Shown: positions 34,143 through 41,649 of the stretch, piece by piece
Numbering within the stretch: position 1 is the first letter of the stretch
Layout: each line of letters starts with the position of its first letter
Assembly (NCBI GenBank): GCA_964394925.1
Contig: CAYMZG010000004.1
Span: forward strand, 31,208-95,207
DNA: 64,000 nucleotides
Source of the DNA: an uncultured Candidatus Saccharibacteria bacterium
GTDB taxonomy: Bacteria > Patescibacteriota > Saccharimonadia > Saccharimonadales > CAYLGV01
Reading direction: 5' to 3'
Program-made: the position numbers and the translations under genes
Notes under the pieces: generated by a model
What the model was told of the DNA's origin: nothing
Databases searched by the model: none
What the model saw: only the letters and a program-made list of their open reading frames with translations

Positions 34143-34561
34143 TATATCCAACGCGGGACTTTAATAGTGTTATGCCAAGGAAAAGATGGGACAACCCTAC
34201 TACTATCAGCTTGTTTGAAGTTCATGATGAATTTCCATATGGCAGGCCACCCGTGATACACACCGAAGACATGACTCCAGAAGCGGTCAATGCTCGTGTC
34301 GCAAACAGAATGAACCAGCTACTAATGGAGCAGGTTGTAAAAACATTTGATGCCTATAGGGAAGATCCTGACACTCCACAAACCGTACTCCAGTCTCTAG
34401 CTGCTGGGGAGAATCTCTCTCTGAGCCAGATTGCAGCAATGCTTCAGGTCGTTCCGAGCACTGTTGAGCAAGATTTAGGTGTATTATGCGAAGTAGGTTG
34501 GGTGGCTGTAGATGACGATGGTATTATTCCAAAATATTCAATGATTGCCACTGAACGTTAG
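34133..34561 (+). CDS. Cassette 4: hypothetical protein with C-terminal winged-helix-like segment
   Basis: The ORF opens at the repeat-borne ATG (34133). The alternative start at 34172 lies 6 nt after TTGCAA-17-TTTAAT. The LSLSQIAAMLQVVPSTVEQDLGVLCEVGWV segment looks HTH-like. Confidence 0.5.
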   Translation: MLAIYPTRDFNSVMPRKRWDNPTTISLFEVHDEFPYGRPPVIHTEDMTPEAVNARVANRMNQLLMEQVVKTFDAYREDPDTPQTVLQSLAAGENLSLSQIAAMLQVVPSTVEQDLGVLCEVGWVAVDDDGIIPKYSMIATER

Positions 34562-34565
34562 AAAG

Positions 34566-34648
34566 GTTCCGAAGTACATCAACCAAAGGTAGCCATAAGC
34601 ACTTTGACCTCTGTTCGCAGAGGTTTTTGTTTTTGCATATGCTTGCAA
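34566..34648 (+). repeat. Cassette-array repeat copy E
   Basis: GTTCCGAAGTACATCAACCAAAGGTAGCCATAAGCACTTTGACCTCTG-TTCG-CAGAGGTTTTTGTTTTT-GCATATGCTTGCAA. Confidence 0.85.
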
Positions 34649-34677
34649 CCGAAAAACCAAAGGTATTAACTAGTCGT

Positions 34678-35085
34678 ATGAGTACAACAACCATCGAGAC
34701 AACCAAGACAGAAAAAGAAACACCCATCGAGAAACTTCAACAGGTTCGAAGAGCTGGGCTATTCATTGGTTCAGTTTGGGCATACGGACTTAAGGATGGG
34801 GATACATTCACCAAGGCTAAAGCGCTATGGACACCTACGGGCTACAATGTTGATAGTGGAAGACTTGCGGTATCAATTAATGAATGGGGGCCCGTACCAA
34901 TAAACGGCGCAGAGCAAATGGTTGTGGGCACTGGGGAGTTGGAGCGTGGGCAACAGCTACTCATGGACATTTTTGAAACTATGGCAAATAGGGGCATCAT
35001 TCAAATGGTAGCCGCGCCAGAGGTGCCGCCAACATATGAAGATAACTTGACTGCGATGCTTGTTGAAAGAGACGCTACTATCTAA
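34678..35085 (+). CDS. Cassette 5: hypothetical protein with NEWGPVP motif
   Basis: The ATG at 34678 lies 6 nt after TTGCAA-17-TTAACT. The ORF is also open from the repeat-borne ATG at 34639. Confidence 0.5.
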   Translation: MSTTTIETTKTEKETPIEKLQQVRRAGLFIGSVWAYGLKDGDTFTKAKALWTPTGYNVDSGRLAVSINEWGPVPINGAEQMVVGTGELERGQQLLMDIFETMANRGIIQMVAAPEVPPTYEDNLTAMLVERDATI

Positions 35086-35108
35086 CACTGACCTCGGTGT
35101 TCATACTA

Positions 35109-35181
35109 GTCCGATGGGGACGTAGCAATAAGCGTTTTGACCTCTGTTCGCATAGGTCTTTGTTTTTGCTATTGCTTGTAG
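35109..35181 (+). repeat. Cassette-array repeat copy F (degenerate)
   Basis: GTCCGATGGGGACGTAGCAATAAGCGTTTTGACCTCTG-TTCG-CATAGGTCTTTGTTTTTGCTATTGCTTGTAG. The hairpin has one mismatch. Confidence 0.65.
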
Positions 35182-35203
35182 TTTAGTAGGCAATACTTAT
35201 AAT
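35176..35203 (+). promoter_or_regulatory. Putative promoter of cassette 6
   Basis: TTGTAG (aligned with TTGCAA of the other copies), 16-nt spacer, TATAAT (35198-35203). Confidence 0.4.
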
Positions 35204-35221
35204 TATGCGCATGGAGAAAAT

Positions 35222-35629
35222 ATGACATCTGAGAAAACCCCACAGACTAAAGAACCATTTTCGGTAGAACGAATGGATCTACGTCAAACCGCACGTGTAT
35301 TGGGCGCAATGACCGGATATTTAGAGGCAGAGGCGACAGTGCGTGCTGCACATGGCATGAAAGAGGACGGTCCGCTCTTAGAACAAGTACGTGCTGAATA
35401 TGACCGCATTACACGATTAGTCGAGGACTCCGAGCCAGGCATTCGAGAAGACTTCTTTGCCGAACACCAGCCAAGATATGACGTACTAGATGGTATCTAC
35501 GACTGTGCGAGTGAAACATGCCCGCGCGTCGGCTACGAATCTCCCGAGTCCCGAAAAGAACATCATCGTATGTGGGGATTCGACAATCCGCTCATCGATA
35601 TACGGCAAACTCAATCACAAACTGAATAA
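35222..35629 (+). CDS. Cassette 6: hypothetical protein (135 aa)
   Basis: ATG after GGAGAAAA. No motif recognised. Confidence 0.5.
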   Translation: MTSEKTPQTKEPFSVERMDLRQTARVLGAMTGYLEAEATVRAAHGMKEDGPLLEQVRAEYDRITRLVEDSEPGIREDFFAEHQPRYDVLDGIYDCASETCPRVGYESPESRKEHHRMWGFDNPLIDIRQTQSQTE

Positions 35630-35672
35630 TTCCAGCGTAATACTGACCAAAGGTAACCAAAACAGCATATGC
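35629..35672 (+). repeat. Cassette-array repeat vestige G (5' box and GCATATGC junction, hairpin missing)
   Basis: ATTCCAGCGTAATACTGACCAAAGGTAACCAAAACAGCATATGC aligns with the 5' box (..ACCAAAGGTARCCA) and with the junction palindrome. Confidence 0.45.
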
Positions 35673-35956
35673 CAAACTACGAGGAACCCTATCTACAGAT
35701 TGAACATGATATGAGCGAAAATAGCCTGAAGCAACTGAGCTTCACAAAGACGCTCGGCTATGTGGGGGTTGGATTATGCGTGATAAGTTCAGTTGGTGAA
35801 ATGATCGTAGGTGCTACCGATAAGATTGCCAGCAATGCCATACCGCTCGCACTGAGTGCAGCGGTTATTTATGCATCTAATCGAAGAATGAGAGATCATG
35901 AGCAGAGGCTAGAGGAAATACAGGTTCTGTCTGAATACGAGAAGGAGCTTGGCTAA
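35669..35956 (+). CDS. Small membrane protein (95 aa)
   Basis: The start ATG is the one inside GCATATGC. Two hydrophobic segments. Confidence 0.45.
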   Translation: MPNYEEPYLQIEHDMSENSLKQLSFTKTLGYVGVGLCVISSVGEMIVGATDKIASNAIPLALSAAVIYASNRRMRDHEQRLEEIQVLSEYEKELG

Positions 35957-36032
35957 GTAACACGCGCCGCTCGCATATTATTATGCTGCGCAATACATCG
36001 GTGCTATCATTGACCAAATAACAGGAGAGTGT

Positions 36033-37070
36033 ATGGAAGTTCGCCACCTTATTCATCAAGTGACAGAGTCGGTAAAAGTCGGGCTTGAGTTAGGTCGAGA
36101 GACCACGCCACACATCGATGCACAGTTCATGGCAATTGCCAACCGTGAAGCCTCTAAGCCGGGTGCCTTCTTTGGTGTTGTTGGTGAAGAACAATTGCAG
36201 CCACCGAACCGACCGGACGCTATTAATCATAACCTGACGCTACTGCCTCCCAATGCCCTAAACAACCGAGAGATTAATGAGGCACTCAGCCTTGTAGATA
36301 TTATGCTTGGCACAGAACAAACGGCCCAAATCACGGAAAAGTTTGCTGAAGCAGCTGACGAGGTTGGCATTTTTGACAGGTTACAGCATGACCACAAGCG
36401 ACAGGGTGCAAAGTTAATTGTATTGAGTAATCACTTGGAACTACCAGACCAGGGCTTCACGATGGGCTTTTTGCACAAGGCGGCCGCCGAGCACGGTGTA
36501 GAACGACTTGAGAATTATCTGACTGCCGTAATTGGTCGTGTGGTTGGTTACTTTACGCTTGGCGAAACAAACGTTATTGATGGCATTTTACGCAGAGCTG
36601 GCAGCATTCTAAAGACATTTCCACGAGGGGGTAGTGAAGCACTCACCGAAGATGAGGAATTTGCCTTGGCCCTTTATCGGGGATACTGCAATCACAAAAC
36701 AAAAGAAGCGTTTTCTGATCTGATGAGCACCCAAGATGGTCGTATAGTTACCATTGCTCCAAGCGGCGAGCAGGACCATTTTGATGCCGAAGAAGGCACC
36801 GTAAAAATGCGTGCCTTTGGCGACGGAACCTGCAACATGATCATAGATGCCTGCAAAAGGGGCGCCATGGTTTTGCCGGTATTTGTGGACTACAGCACAA
36901 CCTCGAGTATTGTGGAGTTTCTTGAGCCACGTACCACAACGAGCACAGAAGATTGTCATGCCATCGGCCAGGAATTAGCCGCCGTTGGTACCGATGCTCG
37001 TGCCATCAAAACCAAAGAGTTACCCGAAGAAAAGCGCTATCAAGCCAGCATTAGCTATAGCAGCAACTAG
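36033..37070 (+). CDS. PlsC-like (LPLAT-family) acyltransferase candidate
   Basis: SNHLELPD (NHx4D), TFPRGGSE (FPEGT-like) and VLPVFVDY (VPV-like) occur in the expected order. RBS AGGAGAG. Confidence 0.5.
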   Translation: MEVRHLIHQVTESVKVGLELGRETTPHIDAQFMAIANREASKPGAFFGVVGEEQLQPPNRPDAINHNLTLLPPNALNNREINEALSLVDIMLGTEQTAQITEKFAEAADEVGIFDRLQHDHKRQGAKLIVLSNHLELPDQGFTMGFLHKAAAEHGVERLENYLTAVIGRVVGYFTLGETNVIDGILRRAGSILKTFPRGGSEALTEDEEFALALYRGYCNHKTKEAFSDLMSTQDGRIVTIAPSGEQDHFDAEEGTVKMRAFGDGTCNMIIDACKRGAMVLPVFVDYSTTSSIVEFLEPRTTTSTEDCHAIGQELAAVGTDARAIKTKELPEEKRYQASISYSSN

Positions 37071-37585
37071 TCGCGCGTGCCATACAACATACCAATCGGC
37101 ACTGCACAAATGGCCAACACCAACACGAGCCCAGGGATAAAGAACGGCAAAAACTCTGAGTTTGGTGTGGGGTGGTTTTGGTAGAGCCACCACAGTGCGC
37201 TCGCTACGGTCAAAACCAAAAATAAAGCAGCACCAACATGTGTGAAGGCAAACACTTTGTCGACCCAATCAATCTTGGCGGTTGATCGGCGAACGTAGAA
37301 AATGTAAATGTAGCAAACTGCGCGCAGGCCAAGAAATATTGCAGCTAGGAAGGCTGGCCAAAACAGGGCAGTTGCCAATGAATCGATAGAAGTTGTGAAC
37401 ATCATGAGCAACATCACCACCGCAAAAACTAACAGCGTGTGCGTAAACTCCCAGGTTGCAGTTACATAGCCGTTACGGCCACGACGCGGATATTTGAGAC
37501 GATAAAAACTAAGGAACGTTTCGTACAAGAAGGCGACCACAAATATAAGCGTAGGCACCAAGAAAAGTACTAGCGCGGCGGTCAT
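37067..37585 (-). CDS. Short 5-TM partner subunit of cytochrome bd-type oxidase (in the CydB position)
   Basis: ATGA overlap with the cydA stop. 172 aa with five hydrophobic helices. About half the length of canonical CydB. Confidence 0.55.
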   Translation of the reverse strand: MTAALVLFLVPTLIFVVAFLYETFLSFYRLKYPRRGRNGYVTATWEFTHTLLVFAVVMLLMMFTTSIDSLATALFWPAFLAAIFLGLRAVCYIYIFYVRRSTAKIDWVDKVFAFTHVGAALFLVLTVASALWWLYQNHPTPNSEFLPFFIPGLVLVLAICAVPIGMLYGTRD

Positions 37586-38973
37586 TTCTTGGCTCCTTTC
37601 TTGGCAGGTGCTTTGGTAGCCAGCTTAGCCTTATTGTCTGGTCGAGCACCAGCCCGCTCATCATCAATAATCCGCTTTACGCCCCAAATAGTCACCACAA
37701 ATAGTGCCAAGTAAGCGAGTGGGAAGATATAGCCAAAGCTGCGAACATCGTGCGTTTTTGTTAAGGCTTCCTGTGTGGTTACATAGGCACGCACGGCCCA
37801 CGGCTGACGGCCAATTTCGGTCATCATCCAGCCAAGTTCAACCAGAATAATACCAAGGGGAGCCAACACCACCAGCGTTAGCAGGTACAAGTTAGAAGTG
37901 GCCCACTTACGGCGCCACAGCCACACTGCTCCTAGCCCTACAAAGGCAATAGCCATAAAGGTAATAATGGTCATTTTAATGTCGAACAAGGTGTGCACAT
38001 ACAGCGGTGGTCGCTCGCTCTCTTTAAATTCGTTCAAGCCTTGCACCTTGGTGTCGGGACTATTGCCAGCCAAAATACTGAGGGCATTTGGGATTTCAAA
38101 ATGCGGACCGGCAATTGTTTGGTCTGGTTGCCCAACCCCTCCGATGAGGAGCGGTGCATTACTGCGCGTATTATAGTTAAGCTCAATAGCTGCTAGTTTG
38201 GCTGGTTCGTATTTTGCTAGGTATTTTCCCGTTAGATCGGCGGTTATACCAGAGAGCAAAAACATCACGAGCGCAAATACAACAAGGCGTTTCAACACAA
38301 ATCGATCAGTGGCCGAGGCCTTGGCACGGCGATCTTTGCGGCGCTTAAGAAGTAGCTTGAACGCATATGCACCTATAATTAGAAGCGAAGCCGCCACATA
38401 GTAACCGGGCATGGAATGGAAGAACTCAATCAGAGCCGTGCGCGAGAACATGGCATGCCATACGTTAATATTCACCAGTTCGCCGTTCTTATATTCAAAA
38501 CCAGTCGGCAGGTTCATCCAACCGTTAATGCTCGTGATGGCGTAAGCACTCAAAGTACTGCCAATGACTACACCAATACCGAACAGCCAGTGAACCCATT
38601 TCGAGATGCGCTTGTTGTTCCAGGTGCTCATATAGAGTGCTAAGAAGCTGGCTTCAATTAGGAACGCGTAGGTCTCGAACATAAATGGCAGGCCAATAAC
38701 CTTGCCGCCAAACTTGAGAATACCGGGCCATACCAGTGACATCTGAAGGGCAATGACAGTCCCCGATATAACGCCCGTTATAACCAAGAGGGCCATGAAT
38801 TTTGACCAGAACTTGGCAACACCAATCAGCTTGTCGTCTTTGCGACGAATGCCCATGTATTCAAACCAAACTACCAGAACAGGGAGCGCCAGGCTCATAA
38901 GTACAAATATTATGTGAAAGCCAAGGCTGTCACCCATTAAAACGCGGGCCGCCACAAGCGGTGAATGATCCAT
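37582..38973 (-). CDS. cydA: Cytochrome bd-type quinol oxidase subunit I
   Basis: N-terminal LGFHIIF (heme-ligand His), FMFETYAFLIEA, short Q-loop with KYEPAKLAAIE, GWMMTEIGRQPW. K/A-rich C-terminal tail. Confidence 0.9.
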   Translation of the reverse strand: MDHSPLVAARVLMGDSLGFHIIFVLMSLALPVLVVWFEYMGIRRKDDKLIGVAKFWSKFMALLVITGVISGTVIALQMSLVWPGILKFGGKVIGLPFMFETYAFLIEASFLALYMSTWNNKRISKWVHWLFGIGVVIGSTLSAYAITSINGWMNLPTGFEYKNGELVNINVWHAMFSRTALIEFFHSMPGYYVAASLLIIGAYAFKLLLKRRKDRRAKASATDRFVLKRLVVFALVMFLLSGITADLTGKYLAKYEPAKLAAIELNYNTRSNAPLLIGGVGQPDQTIAGPHFEIPNALSILAGNSPDTKVQGLNEFKESERPPLYVHTLFDIKMTIITFMAIAFVGLGAVWLWRRKWATSNLYLLTLVVLAPLGIILVELGWMMTEIGRQPWAVRAYVTTQEALTKTHDVRSFGYIFPLAYLALFVVTIWGVKRIIDDERAGARPDNKAKLATKAPAKKGAKK

Positions 38974-39182
38974 GACGTTATTATAACCACAACCATAAGC
39001 GTAATGCTATTGATTTAAATCACAGCTCACTTGAACAGGCATGGCCTATAGTATTTGTCCTGATTGTGTGCGTCGGTGGCCATCTTCCTATGATCACCGA
39101 TGAGGTGTACCATTATAGGGTGAGTAGAGAAACTGTAGCCGAGAAAGAAGCCGCGCTCAAGCAAAGCCGCGACGAGCATTTT

Positions 39183-40922
39183 ATGGCCAAAGTTCGCTCC
39201 ATCTATCACTCCTTGTTTTTCCCACCGCTGGTTATTTTTATTGCCATTCTGGCTCTTACCACTTGGACATGGCGTGCCACACGGGGCAATGTGAATCGAA
39301 GTATTGCGAACGTAATTAGTACGCGCGAAGACGAAATCCGTGATAGTCTCAAGCAACGCCTCGCTTCTTACGAACAGATTCTGCTTGGCGGTGCGGGGCT
39401 GTTTAGATCTTCCGACAACGTGTCTGCTAACGAGTGGCACAACTACGTTTCAACCTTTAGTATTCAAACGCAGTACCCTGGCGTTCAGAGCATCGGCTAT
39501 TTATTAAATACGCCAGCCGATCAGCTTAATAACGCCGTAACGTTTATGCAAGATCAGGGCGAAGCGTTTGCCATCAACCCATCAGGTGAGCGCACAAACT
39601 ATACGCCAATTATGTATCTTGAGCCAAAGTCGAACGGTGTCGGGCTGGACATGTCGGTTGACCCGGTGCGAAAGTCCACGCTCGAAACAGCACGTGACAG
39701 TGGGCATTCCACGCTCACGCCGCCTACCGACGCCTTGCTGCCGAGTAGCAATAGCGACGACTTAGTATTCTTCCTCTTTACGCCACAATATCGGCCCAAC
39801 CAACCAATAGATACCACTGCCCAGCGTCAGCAAGCGTTGCAGGGATATGTGTATGCCGGGTTTAAATCGCAAGATTTCTTTAACAGTCTGTTTCGCATTT
39901 CGGAAACTGATTCAAACTTGGGCTTCCGCGTCTCAGCAGTAGCAGACGGGGGCCAAAAAGCCTTTTACCAAACGCCAAACTACGAAAAACTCAACAAAGT
40001 TGCCGGCCATAAGTCCGACAAAAAAACCATCGAGCTGTATGGTCAAACTTGGACGTTTGAATATGTAATCGGCATTGACACACTTGCTTCGCAGCAACAG
40101 CGTAATGGACCATGGTGGGTGCTCATTATTGGTCTCACGCTTGGCTTGCTACTTTGCTCGGTTATTTATTTGCTTTTAAAAACGCGGGCCAATGAACTCT
40201 CAATTCAAAAGGAGCGTGAAGTCGATATTGCCAAAGATGAGCTGCTCTCGCTGGCTTCACACCAGCTACGCACACCGGCCACAACAGTAAAACAATACCT
40301 CGGCATGGTGCTACAAGGTTTTTCGGGAGATATTTCACATACGCAGCGTAATCTCCTCCAAAGCGCTTACGCCGGAAACGAACGGCAGCTGTACATCATT
40401 AACGAAATGCTGCACGTGGCAAAAGTTGATTCGGGGCGTATCACATTAGCACGCAAGAAGGCTGATATTGTGAAGCTGGTAAAGGAAGTTGTGAAAGAGC
40501 TCGAACCAGATATTACACAGGCGGGGCACAAACTCAAAACGCATTACCCCAAGAAAGCTGTCACCCTTAATATCGACGAGCATATGCTGCGCATGGCTAT
40601 CGAGAACCTGCTGAGTAACGCCATAAAGTACACGCCAACGGGTGGAAAAATTGATGTGACTGTGGCCACTAAAGGTAACCGCGTGCGCATTAGCATTAGT
40701 GACAACGGTGTTGGCATTGAACAATCCGACATTCCCAAAATCTACAAGCTGTTTACTCGTCTCGACAATAGCATGACCGAAACGGTCAGTGGTACGGGCG
40801 TTGGGCTGTATTTAACAAAACACCTTGTTGAGCTGCACCACGGGCGTGTTCACGTTGAGTCCGAGCCCGGCACCGGTTCAACCTTTACCATTTCATTGCC
40901 GTATCGTAGAATCTATCAGTAA
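39183..40922 (+). CDS. CHASE-domain sensor histidine kinase
   Basis: TM, then a periplasmic CHASE-like region (W..Y...YPGVQSIGY, YTPIMYLEP, GLDMS), a second TM, H-box SHQLRTPA, and NAIKYT/DNGVGI/GTGVGLY. Start placed at MAKVRSIY. Confidence 0.85.
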   Translation: MAKVRSIYHSLFFPPLVIFIAILALTTWTWRATRGNVNRSIANVISTREDEIRDSLKQRLASYEQILLGGAGLFRSSDNVSANEWHNYVSTFSIQTQYPGVQSIGYLLNTPADQLNNAVTFMQDQGEAFAINPSGERTNYTPIMYLEPKSNGVGLDMSVDPVRKSTLETARDSGHSTLTPPTDALLPSSNSDDLVFFLFTPQYRPNQPIDTTAQRQQALQGYVYAGFKSQDFFNSLFRISETDSNLGFRVSAVADGGQKAFYQTPNYEKLNKVAGHKSDKKTIELYGQTWTFEYVIGIDTLASQQQRNGPWWVLIIGLTLGLLLCSVIYLLLKTRANELSIQKEREVDIAKDELLSLASHQLRTPATTVKQYLGMVLQGFSGDISHTQRNLLQSAYAGNERQLYIINEMLHVAKVDSGRITLARKKADIVKLVKEVVKELEPDITQAGHKLKTHYPKKAVTLNIDEHMLRMAIENLLSNAIKYTPTGGKIDVTVATKGNRVRISISDNGVGIEQSDIPKIYKLFTRLDNSMTETVSGTGVGLYLTKHLVELHHGRVHVESEPGTGSTFTISLPYRRIYQ

Positions 40923-40986
40923 TATTTATTACAGTTAGCTGGTTACCATCTGTTATGATTGATGCACACGGTGAAACAGGAGCTCC

Positions 40987-41370
40987 ATGAAACAGCCCGC
41001 CACAATCTTAGTCGTTGAAGATGAAGTTTCGCTCAATGAAGCGTATGAGATGATACTCACACAAGCGGGTTATGTGGTACATACTGCCTTTAACGGCAAA
41101 GAAGCGCTCGAGAAGAGTGAAAAACAAGAGCCGGATCTCATTTTACTTGACCTTCGTATGCCGCAAATGGACGGTGTGGCTTTCTTGCGTGAGTACAACC
41201 TAAAAGAGAACCACCCAAAGGTTAAGGTAATCGTGTTCAGCAACTACGACATGCAAAAAGAGATTGATGAAGCCTACCAATATGGCGCCCACCGCTACAT
41301 TCTTAAAACCTGGGCTTCGCCAAAAGAGTTGCTCCAGATCGTCGAAACAACACTCAAGACCAAGAACTAA
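40987..41370 (+). CDS. Single-domain response regulator (CheY-like receiver)
   Basis: VVEDE, LILLDLRMP, and the conserved Lys in YILKTW. Confidence 0.9.
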   Translation: MKQPATILVVEDEVSLNEAYEMILTQAGYVVHTAFNGKEALEKSEKQEPDLILLDLRMPQMDGVAFLREYNLKENHPKVKVIVFSNYDMQKEIDEAYQYGAHRYILKTWASPKELLQIVETTLKTKN

Positions 41371-41402
41371 ACCTATAACCTGGAGAATGCTAGACTATTA
41401 CT

Positions 41403-41648
41403 ATGGCTACTGATGAATTTACTAAACTATTCAAATATATGAGCAACCGATTTAATTCCATCGATAAATCACTCGAGTCAACGGCAAAACGCGATGATAT
41501 AGAGCGGATACTTGGACTGCTTGACTCGTTTGCAAAACGAGTTGAAATTTCAGATGACGAGCGAATTGTTATGGGCCATCAGCTCGATCGCCTTGATCGA
41601 TGGACACATGAACTTGCTCAAAAAATTGGACACGAACTAGCCGTATAG
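41403..41648 (+). CDS. Hypothetical small helical protein
   Basis: 81-aa ORF with no motif recognised. Confidence 0.4.
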   Translation: MATDEFTKLFKYMSNRFNSIDKSLESTAKRDDIERILGLLDSFAKRVEISDDERIVMGHQLDRLDRWTHELAQKIGHELAV

Positions 41649-41649
41649 T

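Noticed and set aside
32694-35181. Could the regularly spaced repeats be a CRISPR array?
   Set aside because: The repeats are 70-90 bp composites, not 24-48 bp. The spacers are 350-500 bp and each holds a full ORF with its own start signals. No cas genes are present.
32694-35181. Classical integron (attC sites) interpretation
   Set aside because: No intI-like recombinase or attI is in the window. I cannot find the R''/L''...L'/R' imperfect inverted-repeat layout or GTTRRRY cores at the repeat ends. The only hairpin is a short terminator-type stem with a T-run. The analogy is kept only as architecture.
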